Positions 25,590 to 36,059 of a stretch of DNA of 38,014 bases are shown here, in pieces. This DNA is from a virus. Position 1 is the first letter of the stretch, and every line of letters starts with the position of its first letter. The notes below the pieces were generated by a model. The model was not told the DNA's origin. It did no database searches and saw only the letters and a list, made by a program, of their open reading frames with translations. The stretch is from the UHGV virus genome UHGV-0042156. One strand, written 5' to 3'. The position numbers and the translations under genes were made by a program.

Positions 25590-26483
25590 ATGGACCAGAT
25601 GGCAGAAAACACACCAGAAGTTGAAATCGAACCCGACGCGTCAGAGCAGATTCCTGATGATGTCGAACTGGCTGAAGAAGTCGAAAAAGCAGATGGCAGT
25701 GAGTCCTCAGGAAATGATGCAGAGGAAGCTACTGACACTGATGACGACGAATCAGAACAGGAATTCTACTTTGGTGACGAAAAGCTGGATTCGCCAACCA
25801 GCGAAGATGGCGCAGAGCATGGACTGGTAAAACACCTGCGCAAGACGATTAAAGAGAAAGACCGCGAGCTGAAAGAGCTGATGCGTCAGTCTCAGAAACC
25901 CGTCGAGCAGCAGCCGGTAATCACTCAACCACCGCGAATGCCAAAACTGGATGATGAGGACATCGGTTTCGATGAAGAAATCTACCAGCAACGCATGGCT
26001 AAGTGGGCAGAGGATAACGGCAAGTACCAGCAACAGGAGATGGCTCGCAAGCAGAAGGAGCAGGAGCTTCAGGCTGCCTATCAAGAGCGATTATCCAAAT
26101 ATCAGCAACGTGTTAAGGCTCTCAAAGTTCCTGGCTATCAGGAAGCTGAGCAGGCCGTACTCGAGGAAATCCCCATCGAGACACAAAACGCGATCCTGTT
26201 TGAGTCAGAGAAGCCGGAAATCGTTGTTCTGGCACTCGGTCGCAACGCTGAACTGCGCAAGCAACTGGCAGAAGCTACCAACCCCGTAGCAATTGGTCGT
26301 CTGCTGGAACGTATCGAATCGAAGGCCAGAATCATGCCAAAAGCAAAAACCACGGCAGCCACAACCCCGACAGTTAAGGGGAGCAACGGCGCAGTAATCA
26401 ACAACCTCGACAAATTGAAAGCCAAGGCGCTGGAAACTGGTGACTGGACGCCGTATTTCGCCGCTAAAAAGGCAAAAAAATAA
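25590..26483 (+). CDS. Scaffolding protein (gp8-like)
   Basis: 297 aa, acidic N-terminus, coiled-coil, basic C-terminus; between portal and coat. Confidence 0.7.
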   Translation: MDQMAENTPEVEIEPDASEQIPDDVELAEEVEKADGSESSGNDAEEATDTDDDESEQEFYFGDEKLDSPTSEDGAEHGLVKHLRKTIKEKDRELKELMRQSQKPVEQQPVITQPPRMPKLDDEDIGFDEEIYQQRMAKWAEDNGKYQQQEMARKQKEQELQAAYQERLSKYQQRVKALKVPGYQEAEQAVLEEIPIETQNAILFESEKPEIVVLALGRNAELRKQLAEATNPVAIGRLLERIESKARIMPKAKTTAATTPTVKGSNGAVINNLDKLKAKALETGDWTPYFAAKKAKK

Positions 26484-26501
26484 CCTATCGGAGCATTAAG
26501 C

Positions 26502-27755
26502 ATGCCTAACCAATTAGCAAAAGACCTTGAAATCATGTTCGAAAACTACGTTGAAGGCTTTGAGGCCGCCTGCGTAGTTTCCCGTAACGCTAAAAAATTC
26601 CGTCCCGGTGATACAGCAATGCAGCGAGCAGGTGATGTTCTGTATCGTCCGCAGCATTACCACATGAACATTGAGGAAGGCCTCGACCTCAGCAGCAAAA
26701 CGCCAACAGCACTGGTTCAGCGCCTTGTTCCTTCTGTGTTCAAGGAGCCGAAAAACATTCTGTACACTCTGGATGCGCGTGAAATGCGTGACCCGGAACA
26801 TAAAACTGAAGCTGGTCGCGCCGCAGGTATGCGCCTTGCTGCACAGATTGACTCTGACCTGATTTCCATGGTCACGCAGCGTGCTACTAACGTGATCACA
26901 ATGGCTGACTCAACCACTGGTTCACAGGGCCGTGATTTGTGGAACTGTGCGGCAGGTATTGATGCCACCATGACGGCGATTGGTGTACCACAGGGTATCA
27001 ACCGCCGCTCTTTCTGGAACCCCTTCAACTACAAAGACCTTGCTGGCGAGCTTGGTCACCGTGCCTATGCTCAGGGCGCAACCCTGACAGCATACGAAAA
27101 AGCGCAGATCCCTCCGGTTGCGTCCTTCGATAGCTACAAGACCGATATTTCTGGTCGTGTTCCGAAGGGTACAGCAACTTCCCTGACGCTGGCGGCTAAA
27201 CCTGCGCACAAGGTTGAAGCGAAAGATGCCAACGATATGCCAGTGGATAACCGACAGGGGACCATTACGGTATCTGCATCTGGTTTGCAGGTTGGCGATG
27301 CGTTCACCATTGCTGGCGTGAATTCCGTACACCAGATCACCAAAGATACCACCGGGCAGCCGCAGGTATTCCGCGTTCTGGCAGTAAGCGGAACGATAGT
27401 AACTATCTCCCCGAAAATTCTGCCGCCTGACAACGCAGATGTCGCCAGCCGTCCATATGCAAACGTTGATGCTAACGCGGCAAATGGTGCAGCAATTACC
27501 ATTCTCAACAAGAATGCCGCACCGGCTAACCTGTTCTGGGCTGATGGTTCTGTTGAACTGATGTACGGCAAACTGGCGTTCCCGACTGGTCAGGGTCCAC
27601 AGGTAATGACAGCAACCACCGAGCAGGGCGCTACGCTGATCATGTCTTATGCCTTCGACCACATCAAAGGCGTAACCACTGCTCGTTTCACCACTCTGTA
27701 CGGTTGCTCTGTACTTGTTCCTGAATATACGGGCATCGTTATTGCCGGGCAGTAA
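26502..27755 (+). CDS. Major coat protein (P22 gp5-like)
   Basis: 417 aa; position and size as P22 coat; NLFWADGS motif similar to P22 NVFWADDA. Confidence 0.85.
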   Translation: MPNQLAKDLEIMFENYVEGFEAACVVSRNAKKFRPGDTAMQRAGDVLYRPQHYHMNIEEGLDLSSKTPTALVQRLVPSVFKEPKNILYTLDAREMRDPEHKTEAGRAAGMRLAAQIDSDLISMVTQRATNVITMADSTTGSQGRDLWNCAAGIDATMTAIGVPQGINRRSFWNPFNYKDLAGELGHRAYAQGATLTAYEKAQIPPVASFDSYKTDISGRVPKGTATSLTLAAKPAHKVEAKDANDMPVDNRQGTITVSASGLQVGDAFTIAGVNSVHQITKDTTGQPQVFRVLAVSGTIVTISPKILPPDNADVASRPYANVDANAANGAAITILNKNAAPANLFWADGSVELMYGKLAFPTGQGPQVMTATTEQGATLIMSYAFDHIKGVTTARFTTLYGCSVLVPEYTGIVIAGQ

Positions 27756-27761
27756 TTTTGG

Positions 27762-27786
27762 TGGGGCTTCGGCCCCATTTTTATTG
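27762..27786 (+). terminator. Rho-independent terminator after coat gene
   Basis: GGGGC-TTCG-GCCCC then ATTTTTATT. Confidence 0.7.
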
Positions 27787-27796
27787 GGAGAAGACA

Positions 27797-27985
27797 ATGG
27801 CACGAACAATGCTCTATAAGCCGGGCAACATGATCACCTGTGGTCAGTTTGCTGTCGATTACATCATTGTTGATGACGAAGAAGTTAAATCTCACCTGAA
27901 AAAAGGCTGGGTAAAAACTCCTGAAGAAACCGCAACGAAGCATAAAGTGGCTAAGGCGGAAGAAGATGGCGAAAACGAAGGGTGA
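27797..27985 (+). CDS. Small hypothetical protein between coat and gp4 (62 aa)
   Basis: GGGAGAAG SD; ORF-track start 27758 lies in the terminator and is rejected. Confidence 0.5.
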   Translation: MARTMLYKPGNMITCGQFAVDYIIVDDEEVKSHLKKGWVKTPEETATKHKVAKAEEDGENEG

Positions 27986-28427
27986 TCTCGTTCTAAAGGC
28001 TTTACGAAAAGCCGGGCTGTATTCCAATGCCACGTTGACAGATGCTGACCCTCAGGCAATTGAAGATGCCATTAATGACCTCGAAGACATGATGGCAGCA
28101 TGGCAGGCTAAAGGTATCGAGCTTGGGTATCAGTTTGCTGATACAGAAAACGGCATCATGCCGTTACCGGACGATGATTCAGGTATCCCTGCATGGGCAA
28201 ATGATGGCGTCGCTTTGAAACTCGCTGTGCAAGTGTGCATGGATAACGTCATTCAGCCGTCAGACGCTCTCCTTACCGCTGCTGACAGTGCATATCAGAC
28301 AATCTGCATCGCTTTAACCAAAATACCACCACTTGAGCGGCGAAATGACATGCCTCGCGGTAGTGGTAACAAAAGCGCGTTTACGTGGAATCGGTTTTAC
28401 ATCGAGAAAGATGATCCGAGTACGTGA
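27966..28427 (+). CDS. Head completion protein (P22 gp4-like)
   Basis: 153 aa; KTKGDLV...ATLTD...DLE.MMA resemble P22 gp4. Confidence 0.8.
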   Translation: MAKTKGDLVLKALRKAGLYSNATLTDADPQAIEDAINDLEDMMAAWQAKGIELGYQFADTENGIMPLPDDDSGIPAWANDGVALKLAVQVCMDNVIQPSDALLTAADSAYQTICIALTKIPPLERRNDMPRGSGNKSAFTWNRFYIEKDDPST

Positions 28428-28436
28428 GGTGAATAA

Positions 28437-28541
28437 ATGCCGATTCAGCAACTTCCGCTTATGAAAGGTGTCGGCAAAGACTTTCGAAACGCCGACTATA
28501 TCGACTATCTGCCAGTGAATATGTTGGCAATTTTGATATAA
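28437..28541 (+). pseudogene. Truncated original 5' end of gene 10 (31 native codons, then stop)
   Basis: [31 protein letters not shown] matches P22 gp10 N-terminus, then runs into ILI-stop at the insertion point. Confidence 0.65.
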
Positions 28542-29202
28542 TAAGTACATGAAAAATCGAAACTTTAAGGAGTAGATATGCTTTCTGAGAATGCTAAAGA
28601 TATACCTGGATTTGAAGGTGTTTATGCCGTAACAGAAGATGGCAGGGTGCATTCTCACTCACGTGTTGTTAAGGCTGCGCATGGCAGCACGCAACTCAGA
28701 AAGGGGCGCTGGTTAAAGCCTAAAATAAATCAGGGAAGGGTGCTTTATAATATCGGAGCAAAATGGACTTTTGCCCATCGAATCGTTGCAATGACATTCC
28801 TGCCAAATCCTGAAAACAAGCCTCAGGTAAATCATATTGATGGCAATCCACTCAATAATAACGTCAATAATCTTGAGTGGTGCACTCAAAGCGAAAACAT
28901 CAAACATGCATACGCCACAGGATTAAAGAAACCAATCAAGTTTTTCGGAACCAAGCACCCAAAACACAAGTTGAGTGATGACGATGTTCTTGCAATCAAG
29001 TCATCAAAAGAAAGCTTGTCAGTAATTGCGGCTAAGTACGGGATATCTAAGACCTGGGCAAGTAGGCTAAAGCGTGATGCTAACTGGGTTCATATAAAGG
29101 TTGATTCCAATGGCAATACAACAACTACCACTAATGAAGGGATTAGGGAAAAGTGCGGTTAATGCTGATTATATAGACCAACTTCCAGTCAATCTTTTAG
29201 CT
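28530..29202 (+). mobile_element. HNH endonuclease cassette inserted in gene 10, carrying a divergent copy of gene-10 codons 1-31
   Basis: 93-bp segment 29110..29202 encodes the same 31 residues as 28437..28529 with different, AT-rich codons; HNH gene lies between the two copies. Confidence 0.55.
28578..29162 (+). CDS. HNH endonuclease (NUMOD4 plus HNH plus C-terminal HTH)
   Basis: IPGFEGVYAVTEDGRVHS, VNHIDGNPLNNNVNNLEWCTQSEN, VIAAKYGISKTWASRLKR; 3' end overlaps restored gene-10 start. Confidence 0.8.
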   Translation: MLSENAKDIPGFEGVYAVTEDGRVHSHSRVVKAAHGSTQLRKGRWLKPKINQGRVLYNIGAKWTFAHRIVAMTFLPNPENKPQVNHIDGNPLNNNVNNLEWCTQSENIKHAYATGLKKPIKFFGTKHPKHKLSDDDVLAIKSSKESLSVIAAKYGISKTWASRLKRDANWVHIKVDSNGNTTTTTNEGIREKCG

Positions 29203-30528
29203 ACGCCCAAGGAGGTGTTGAATTCATCGGGATATCTTCGCTCATTTCCGGGCATTGCCAAACGCTCTGATGTGAACGGCGTATCTCGCGGAGTCGAGTA
29301 CAACATGGCGCAGAATGCTGTTTATCGCGTGTGTGGTGGCAAACTGTACAAAGGAGAAAGTGAAGTCGGTGACGTCGCCGGAAGTGGTCGCGTATCAATG
29401 GCGCATGGTCGGACATCTCAGGCTGTAGGCGTTAATGGTCAACTGGTCGAGTATCGCTATGATGGCACGGTTAAAACCGTCTCAAACTGGCCTACAGACA
29501 GCGGATTCACGCAGTATGAGTTAGGTTCGGTTCGTGACATTACTCGCTTACGTGGGCGTTATGCGTGGTCAAAAGACGGTACTGATTCATGGTTCATCAC
29601 TGACCCTGAAGACGAATCGCATCCTGACCGCTACAGTGCACAATATCGTGCAGAATCGCAGCCGGACGGCATCATCGGCATCGGAACATGGCGAGACTTC
29701 ATCGTCTGCTTTGGTTCATCGACGATTGAATATTTCTCCCTGACTGGTGCAACCACCGTTGGTGCTGCTTTGTATGTCGCACAGCCATCGTTGATGGTGC
29801 AGAAAGGCATTGCAGGAACCTACTGCAAAACGCAGTTTTCTGATTCGTATGCGTTCATCAGCAATCCGGCAACAGGTGCGCCGTCTGTTTACATCATCGG
29901 ATCCGGTCAGGTGTCACCAATCGCCAGCGCGAGCATTGAGAAAATCCTCCGCTCCTACACCGCGGATGAACTGGCTGATGGCGTGATGGAGTCTCTGCGA
30001 TTTGATGCGCATGAACTGCTGATTATCCATCTTCCGCGCCATGTCCTCGTGTACGACGCATCTTCAAGCGCCAATGGTCCGCAATGGTGCGTACTGAAAA
30101 CAGGACTGTATGACGATGTGTACCGCGCTATCGACTTCATTTACGAAGGCAATCAGATAACGTGCGGCGATAAGCTGGAATCCGTGACCGGGAAATTGCA
30201 GTTCGATATCAGCAGCCAGTACGACAAGCAGCAGGAACACCTGCTGTTTACTCCGTTGTTCAAAGCGGATAACGCCAGAGTGTTCGACCTTGAGGTTGAG
30301 TCGTCAACTGGCGTTGCGCAGTATGCTGACCGCCTGTTCCTCTCTGCAACCACTGACGGCATCAATTACGGACGTGAGCAGATGATTGAGCAGAATGAAC
30401 CGTTCGTTTACGACAAACGCGTTTTGTGGAAGCGAGTCGGGCGCATCAGGAAAAATGTCGGCTTCAAATTGCGCGTTATCACGAAGTCACCTGTCACTCT
30501 TTCTGGCTGCCAGATAAGGATTGAGTAA
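29110..30528 (+). CDS. Tail hub protein (P22 gp10-like), restored full-length copy
   Basis: [49 protein letters not shown]... colinear with P22 gp10 (ORF-track start 29101). Confidence 0.85.
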   Translation: MAIQQLPLMKGLGKSAVNADYIDQLPVNLLATPKEVLNSSGYLRSFPGIAKRSDVNGVSRGVEYNMAQNAVYRVCGGKLYKGESEVGDVAGSGRVSMAHGRTSQAVGVNGQLVEYRYDGTVKTVSNWPTDSGFTQYELGSVRDITRLRGRYAWSKDGTDSWFITDPEDESHPDRYSAQYRAESQPDGIIGIGTWRDFIVCFGSSTIEYFSLTGATTVGAALYVAQPSLMVQKGIAGTYCKTQFSDSYAFISNPATGAPSVYIIGSGQVSPIASASIEKILRSYTADELADGVMESLRFDAHELLIIHLPRHVLVYDASSSANGPQWCVLKTGLYDDVYRAIDFIYEGNQITCGDKLESVTGKLQFDISSQYDKQQEHLLFTPLFKADNARVFDLEVESSTGVAQYADRLFLSATTDGINYGREQMIEQNEPFVYDKRVLWKRVGRIRKNVGFKLRVITKSPVTLSGCQIRIE

Positions 30529-31229
30529 TGGCGGATTCATCACTGAATAATCCTGTCGCGGTTCAGGCTACGCGCCTTGATGCTTCAATTTTGCCACGCA
30601 ATATCTTCTCGCAGTCGTATCTGCTGTACGTTCTCGCGCAAGGTACTGATGTTGGTAACGTGGCGAACAAGGCCAATGAAGCAGGGCAGGGCGCTTATGA
30701 TGCACAGGTCAGGAACGATGAGCAGGATGTGATTCTGGTCGATCACGAAGAAAGAATTCGTCAGCTCCGCATTGAAGTAGATGACCATGAAATCCGTATT
30801 GCTGCGAATACTGCGGCAATTGCAGCGCTGGATGTCAGACTAACCACGGCTGAAGGAGAAATAGTCACTTTACAGGCTGACGTCAGCGCTCTTGATGGCC
30901 GGGTTACGACTGCTGAGAGCAACATTTCTGCATTACAGGACGACTATGTATCGAAAACAGCCACTGCAACACAATCGCTGGCATCTCCCCTCAATGTAAC
31001 AACATCCTATTCGGTCGGCGGCACCAAGGTTATTGGTGCTCGTCAGACAGGGTGGACAGCGGCTACAGGTACGGCTCTTCGCGGCTCATTCAACGCTAAC
31101 CAGACATACACGGTAAGTGCCACATACACACGGTCTGAGGTGTCGGCTATGGCTACAGGATTGCAGCAGGCGCGGCAGCGTATCAAAGCTCTGGAAGATG
31201 CATTACGGACTCATGGGTTGATTGACTGA
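30528..31229 (+). CDS. Tail needle (P22 gp26-like)
   Basis: 233 aa; [25 protein letters not shown]... colinear with P22 gp26. Confidence 0.85.
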   Translation: MADSSLNNPVAVQATRLDASILPRNIFSQSYLLYVLAQGTDVGNVANKANEAGQGAYDAQVRNDEQDVILVDHEERIRQLRIEVDDHEIRIAANTAAIAALDVRLTTAEGEIVTLQADVSALDGRVTTAESNISALQDDYVSKTATATQSLASPLNVTTSYSVGGTKVIGARQTGWTAATGTALRGSFNANQTYTVSATYTRSEVSAMATGLQQARQRIKALEDALRTHGLID

Positions 31230-31684
31230 TGATTACATTCAAACCAACGCGAAACATCGACCTGATAGAAGCAGTAGGAAATCACCCTGACATTATCGCC
31301 GGGAGCAACAACGGTGATGGATACGACTACAAACCTGATTGCCGTTACTTTGAGGTGAACGTGCACGGGCAGTTCGGCGGCATTGTTTACTATCAGGAGA
31401 TTCAGCCGCTGACATTCGATTGCCACGCCATGTACCTGCCAGAGGTTCGTGGCTTCAGCAAGGAAATCGGGCTGGCGTTCTGGCGATACATTCTGACTAA
31501 CACCACCGTTCAGTGCGTCACATCGTTCGCCGCACGCAAATTCCGCCACGGGCAGATTTACTGCGCAATGATTGGCCTTAAGCGTGTCGGAACCATCAAG
31601 AAATACTTTAAAGGCGTGGATGACGTGACTTTTTACAGCGCCACACGCGAAGAACTAATCGACTTCCTGAATCACGGGAGATAG
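31229..31684 (+). CDS. Tail accessory protein (P22 gp14-like)
   Basis: 151 aa [25 protein letters not shown]...; order as in P22. Confidence 0.8.
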   Translation: MITFKPTRNIDLIEAVGNHPDIIAGSNNGDGYDYKPDCRYFEVNVHGQFGGIVYYQEIQPLTFDCHAMYLPEVRGFSKEIGLAFWRYILTNTTVQCVTSFAARKFRHGQIYCAMIGLKRVGTIKKYFKGVDDVTFYSATREELIDFLNHGR

Positions 31685-31686
31685 CC

Positions 31687-32379
31687 ATGTTATATGCATT
31701 TAAGCTGGGCAGAAAACTGCGCGGCGAGGAACCTTATTGCCCTGAAAAAGGCGGGAAAGGTGGCAGTTCTGATAAAAGCGCAAAGTATGCAGCAGAAGCC
31801 CAGAAGTATGCCGCAGACCTGCAAAATCAGCAGTGGCAGACGATCATGAAAAACCTTGCTCCGTTCACGCCGCTTGCGGAGCAGTATGTTAACCAGCTTC
31901 AGAATCTTTCCAGTTTAGAAGGTCAGGGGCAGGCACTTAATCAGTATTACAATTCTCAGCAGTATAAAGACCTTGCAGGTCAGGCTCGTTACCAGAGTCT
32001 TGCTGCTGCGGAGGCGACTGGCGGACTTGGTTCGACAGCTACAAGCAATCAACTGGCTACGATCGCGCCGACTCTCGGTCAGTCGTGGTTATCAAACCAG
32101 ATGAGCAATTACAACAATCTGGCAAACGTTGGGCTTGGTGCGCTGCAAGGTCAGGCAAACGCTGGGCAGACATACGCCAACAACATGAGCAGCATTGCAC
32201 AGCAAAGTGCAGCACTTGCCGCTGCTAATGCCAATAAACCATCAAGTCTTCAGACTGCAATTAGCGGTGGCACGTCTGGTGCGATTGCCGGTGCAGGTCT
32301 TGCCAGTCTTTTGGGAACATCAACGCCTTGGGGCGCTGGCATTGGTGCTGGTATCGGATTGCTTGGCTCGTTGTTTTAA
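31687..32379 (+). CDS. Ejection protein (P22 gp7-like)
   Basis: 230 aa, Q/A/G-rich low-complexity, C-terminal glycine-zipper membrane segment. Confidence 0.8.
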   Translation: MLYAFKLGRKLRGEEPYCPEKGGKGGSSDKSAKYAAEAQKYAADLQNQQWQTIMKNLAPFTPLAEQYVNQLQNLSSLEGQGQALNQYYNSQQYKDLAGQARYQSLAAAEATGGLGSTATSNQLATIAPTLGQSWLSNQMSNYNNLANVGLGALQGQANAGQTYANNMSSIAQQSAALAAANANKPSSLQTAISGGTSGAIAGAGLASLLGTSTPWGAGIGAGIGLLGSLF

Positions 32380-32388
32380 GGGGTAATC

Positions 32389-33777
32389 ATGGCTACTTGG
32401 CAAGGAACAAACGGCGGATTGTTGGCTGGTATCGGCGGCGTCAACTCAAACGCTCCGAGCGTAAATGACATCGGCAATACGCTTCAGCTTATCAGGCAGA
32501 ACAATGATATTGAGCGTTCAGGCGCTAACAATGTTGGGCTGACTGCTTTGCAAGGCCTTTCAGGTATTGCAGGGGTGTTTCAGCAGGAAAAGCAGGCTCA
32601 GCGGCAGAAAGAATTTCAGCAGGCGTACGCTAATGCTTATGCGTCTGGTGATCGCGGCGCTTTGCGTCAGTTGGCTACTCAATATCCAGACCAGATTGAA
32701 TCCGTTCGTAAAGGCATGGGATTCATTGATGAAGACCAGCGTAATTCTATCGGCACCTTAGCGGCTGGCGCACGCCTTGCGTCATCGTCTCCAGAAGCAA
32801 TGCAATCATGGCTGCAAAACAACACCAAGGAACTGACTCGCGTCGGTGTTGACCCTAACAGCGTTGCTCAGATGTATCAGCAGAACCCTTCAGGATTTGG
32901 TGAGTTTGTTGATCACCTTGGAATGGCTGCTCTTGGTCCGATTGATTACTTCAATGTTCAGGACAAGATGGCTGGTCGTGAAATTGACCGAGGCAGGCTG
33001 GCAGAGACAATCCGCAGCAATCAGGCTGGCGAGGCGCTAACAGCACGAGGTCAGAACATCACGATGCGCGGTCAGGATTTATCTGCTTCTACTGCGCGAC
33101 GCGGGCAGGATTTGGCAATGCAGCGAGCGTCAACAAGAGGAACCGCTGGGAATGATGAGCGTACAGTTCAGTTATCAGATGGCAGAACTGTAACGGTAGG
33201 CGGGAAACTTCACGGCGCTGGGGCTAATGCGTTCTACGAAGGTATCGACAACGAGGGGAATATGGTTCGCGTCCCTGCTGGCTCTATTGCCGCTCCGGCT
33301 ACATCGGCAGCAAGCGCGCAGAATTACGCAATGAAGAAAGATCTTGATGCAATTTCTGGTGCATCAATTGACGATCTTGGCTTCATGACTGGCATTACAG
33401 GCTCTTCAGGTTCTCCTGCTCTTGGTGCAGATATTCGTAGCCGTGCATCTGGTGGTGATCAGAGGAAACTATACAACGCTGCACAGCGAATCCAAGGAAA
33501 GATGCAGAATCAGGGCATTGCAGCAGCCAGAGACATGGGGGCATCCGGTATCAACACCGTTGCAGAAGCAAAGCTGTATTTTCAAGGTATGCCACAGGTT
33601 GATTTCTCAAGCCCTGAAGCACTGCAACAATCAATGCGCGACATTCAGCAATATACCGACAATTACAACCAGCAATATAACGTTAATGTTGGTAAATCTC
33701 AGCGGCAGCAATCTCAACCTACACAGGTATCACAGCCAGCAGCCAGCAGTAATTTTTCTTCACTATGGGGTGATTAA
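32389..33777 (+). CDS. Ejection protein (P22 gp20-like)
   Basis: 462 aa; position and composition. Confidence 0.8.
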   Translation: MATWQGTNGGLLAGIGGVNSNAPSVNDIGNTLQLIRQNNDIERSGANNVGLTALQGLSGIAGVFQQEKQAQRQKEFQQAYANAYASGDRGALRQLATQYPDQIESVRKGMGFIDEDQRNSIGTLAAGARLASSSPEAMQSWLQNNTKELTRVGVDPNSVAQMYQQNPSGFGEFVDHLGMAALGPIDYFNVQDKMAGREIDRGRLAETIRSNQAGEALTARGQNITMRGQDLSASTARRGQDLAMQRASTRGTAGNDERTVQLSDGRTVTVGGKLHGAGANAFYEGIDNEGNMVRVPAGSIAAPATSAASAQNYAMKKDLDAISGASIDDLGFMTGITGSSGSPALGADIRSRASGGDQRKLYNAAQRIQGKMQNQGIAAARDMGASGINTVAEAKLYFQGMPQVDFSSPEALQQSMRDIQQYTDNYNQQYNVNVGKSQRQQSQPTQVSQPAASSNFSSLWGD

Positions 33778-35774
33778 TGGCTAAAGCATGGAAAGATGTT
33801 ATCGCCTCTCCACAGTATCAGGCGTTAGCACCAGAACAAAAAGCGCAGGCTCAGGAGCAATACTTCAATGAAGTCGTGGCCCCGCAAGCCGGAGAAAATG
33901 CAGAGCAGGCTAAGCAAGCTTTCTATGCTGCCTATCCATTGCCATCTGCGCAGCCAGTTGATACACAGCAACCAGTAGCACAGCAACAACCACAGCAAAG
34001 TGGATTTATGTCTGATCTTGGCGAAGCAGTAAAAGAGACTGGTCGCGGACTGGTACAGGCTGGCGTGAACGTGGCAAACATACCTGCATCAGTTGCCGAT
34101 GCTGTAACAAGCGCGGCGGCATGGGCTGGCGGTAAACTCGGTATTGGTGATGGTACATATCAACCAGCGCCACGAGTAACAACGCAGGGATTAGAGCAGG
34201 ACTTTGGCCTTCAGCAAGGCGCGCTGACTCCACAAACTACAGAGGGAAGGGTATTTGCTGAGGCATTGCCTTACCTCACTCCTGCTGGCATTGAGAGAGC
34301 GGCAACACAGGCACCAACACTCGCTGGTAGAATTGCTCAGGGTGCAACTCGCCTTCTCGCTGAAAACGCAGTCGGGTCACTTGCTGCAAATAGTGCGAAA
34401 GATGATGCGGAAGCCCTCGCCACCGATTTAGGCGTTGGTGTGCTGGCTGGCGGTGCTATTAACGCTGCCGGACGTGGATTAGGTGCTGCTTATCGTGGCG
34501 TTCGTGGTGCTATTGCGCCAGAAGCGCAGCAGGCTATCAGATTTGCAGAGCGTGAAGGAGTTCCTCTGCACACCACAGACCTGTTACAGCCTACTTCCCG
34601 CGTCGGAAAAATGGCGCAGACGACAGCGGAAAATATCCCCCTGGCTGGCACAAGCGGAATGAGAGCAACGCAACAGGAAGCGAGAAGCCAGTTGGTGCAG
34701 AGATTTGCTGATAAATTCGGTGAGTATGATCCAGCAGTTGTTATTGACAGCCTTAAAGCGAAAACATCAGGAATTCGTCGTGCCGCCGGGAACCGTCTTG
34801 AGCAGGTTCAGAATGCAATGGCGGGAGTCAATATCCAGCCTGCGCGAGCAATTCAGCAGATTGATACAGAAATATCTAACCTGCAGAAGCTTGGTAAGGT
34901 CGCCGATAACGAGACTATTTCAAAACTTCAGTCCTATCGTGATGAGCTTGTTCGCAATGCTGGCCCTGATGGTCCGGTAAATCTGGACTTGAAGCAATTA
35001 AGCGATCTGCGCAGCCAGTTCAGAATGGACGTGAAGGGTGAGCGACCAGTGTTACCAAACCGTTCCGATGCCGCCATTCAGCGCGTTTACAAGGCGATGA
35101 CCGACGATATCAATGGTGCCATTGGTCAGAATCTTGGCAACGATACTCTCCGTAAATATCAGCAGGCCAATGCCGTCTACGCTGACGAAGCGGCGAAACT
35201 CAAGAATACCAGGCTGAAGAATGTTCTCATGAAAGGCGATCTGACGCCGGAAGTTGTCAATAACATGCTATTCAGCAAGAACAAATCTGAAATTAAGACA
35301 CTGTATAACTCAGTTGGTCGTGTTGGCAGGGCGCAAATGCGCAATGGCATCATTGGAAAGGCGATGGAGAAATCAGGTGGATCCCCTGACCAGTTTCTGA
35401 GGCAGGTTAATTTGATGTCTAACCAGACGGGAATTGCGTTCAAAGGGCGTGATGCTGCGTATCTGAAAGGGATGAAGAACTACCTAGAGTCGACCAAGAG
35501 AGCAGGGCAGGCCAGAGTCACAACGCCAACTGGTCAGCAGGCTATACCGTTCATTATGGGTATAGGCTCTGTAGTAAATCCTAAAGTAGCTGCAATTGGT
35601 GGTGGCTACGGACTTCTTGCAAGAATGTATGAAAGCGAACCTGCACGCAATGCAATGCTTCGCCTGGCTAATACACCGAGAGGCTCAACCGCATTTGAGA
35701 AAGCGTTATCTGATGTCGAACGTGTTGTTAACTCATTCGCTCAGGGTGCTAAATCAGAAGCTTTAAGCGAATAA
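33777..35774 (+). CDS. Ejection protein (P22 gp16-like)
   Basis: 665 aa; position and composition. Confidence 0.8.
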   Translation: MAKAWKDVIASPQYQALAPEQKAQAQEQYFNEVVAPQAGENAEQAKQAFYAAYPLPSAQPVDTQQPVAQQQPQQSGFMSDLGEAVKETGRGLVQAGVNVANIPASVADAVTSAAAWAGGKLGIGDGTYQPAPRVTTQGLEQDFGLQQGALTPQTTEGRVFAEALPYLTPAGIERAATQAPTLAGRIAQGATRLLAENAVGSLAANSAKDDAEALATDLGVGVLAGGAINAAGRGLGAAYRGVRGAIAPEAQQAIRFAEREGVPLHTTDLLQPTSRVGKMAQTTAENIPLAGTSGMRATQQEARSQLVQRFADKFGEYDPAVVIDSLKAKTSGIRRAAGNRLEQVQNAMAGVNIQPARAIQQIDTEISNLQKLGKVADNETISKLQSYRDELVRNAGPDGPVNLDLKQLSDLRSQFRMDVKGERPVLPNRSDAAIQRVYKAMTDDINGAIGQNLGNDTLRKYQQANAVYADEAAKLKNTRLKNVLMKGDLTPEVVNNMLFSKNKSEIKTLYNSVGRVGRAQMRNGIIGKAMEKSGGSPDQFLRQVNLMSNQTGIAFKGRDAAYLKGMKNYLESTKRAGQARVTTPTGQQAIPFIMGIGSVVNPKVAAIGGGYGLLARMYESEPARNAMLRLANTPRGSTAFEKALSDVERVVNSFAQGAKSEALSE

Positions 35775-36059
35775 AAGCTTTCCTACAACAAGTCCGAACA
35801 TTAAGAACGCAAAGTTCAATAAATCTCTGTCCATAAATCCTCCTGTTTACCAAAACTATATCAAACTTTAACGCAATGCTGCGCAACTTAAGTGACTTTC
35901 AGGTTGATAACAGACACTCTTTTTTGCATGATTCCTTTAGACCATCACAATTGATGAAGAATCATGAAAAGAAGAACTCTTCTAAAGTCTTTGCTCGGCC
36001 TGACGTCACTCTTACCAGTTAAGTTTGCAGCATCTCAAAACCTGCAAGGTAAAAGTATA

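Noticed and set aside
26922-27809. 295-aa minus-strand ORF (and overlapping 145-aa ORF)
   Set aside because: Antisense to the coat gene; no independent support.
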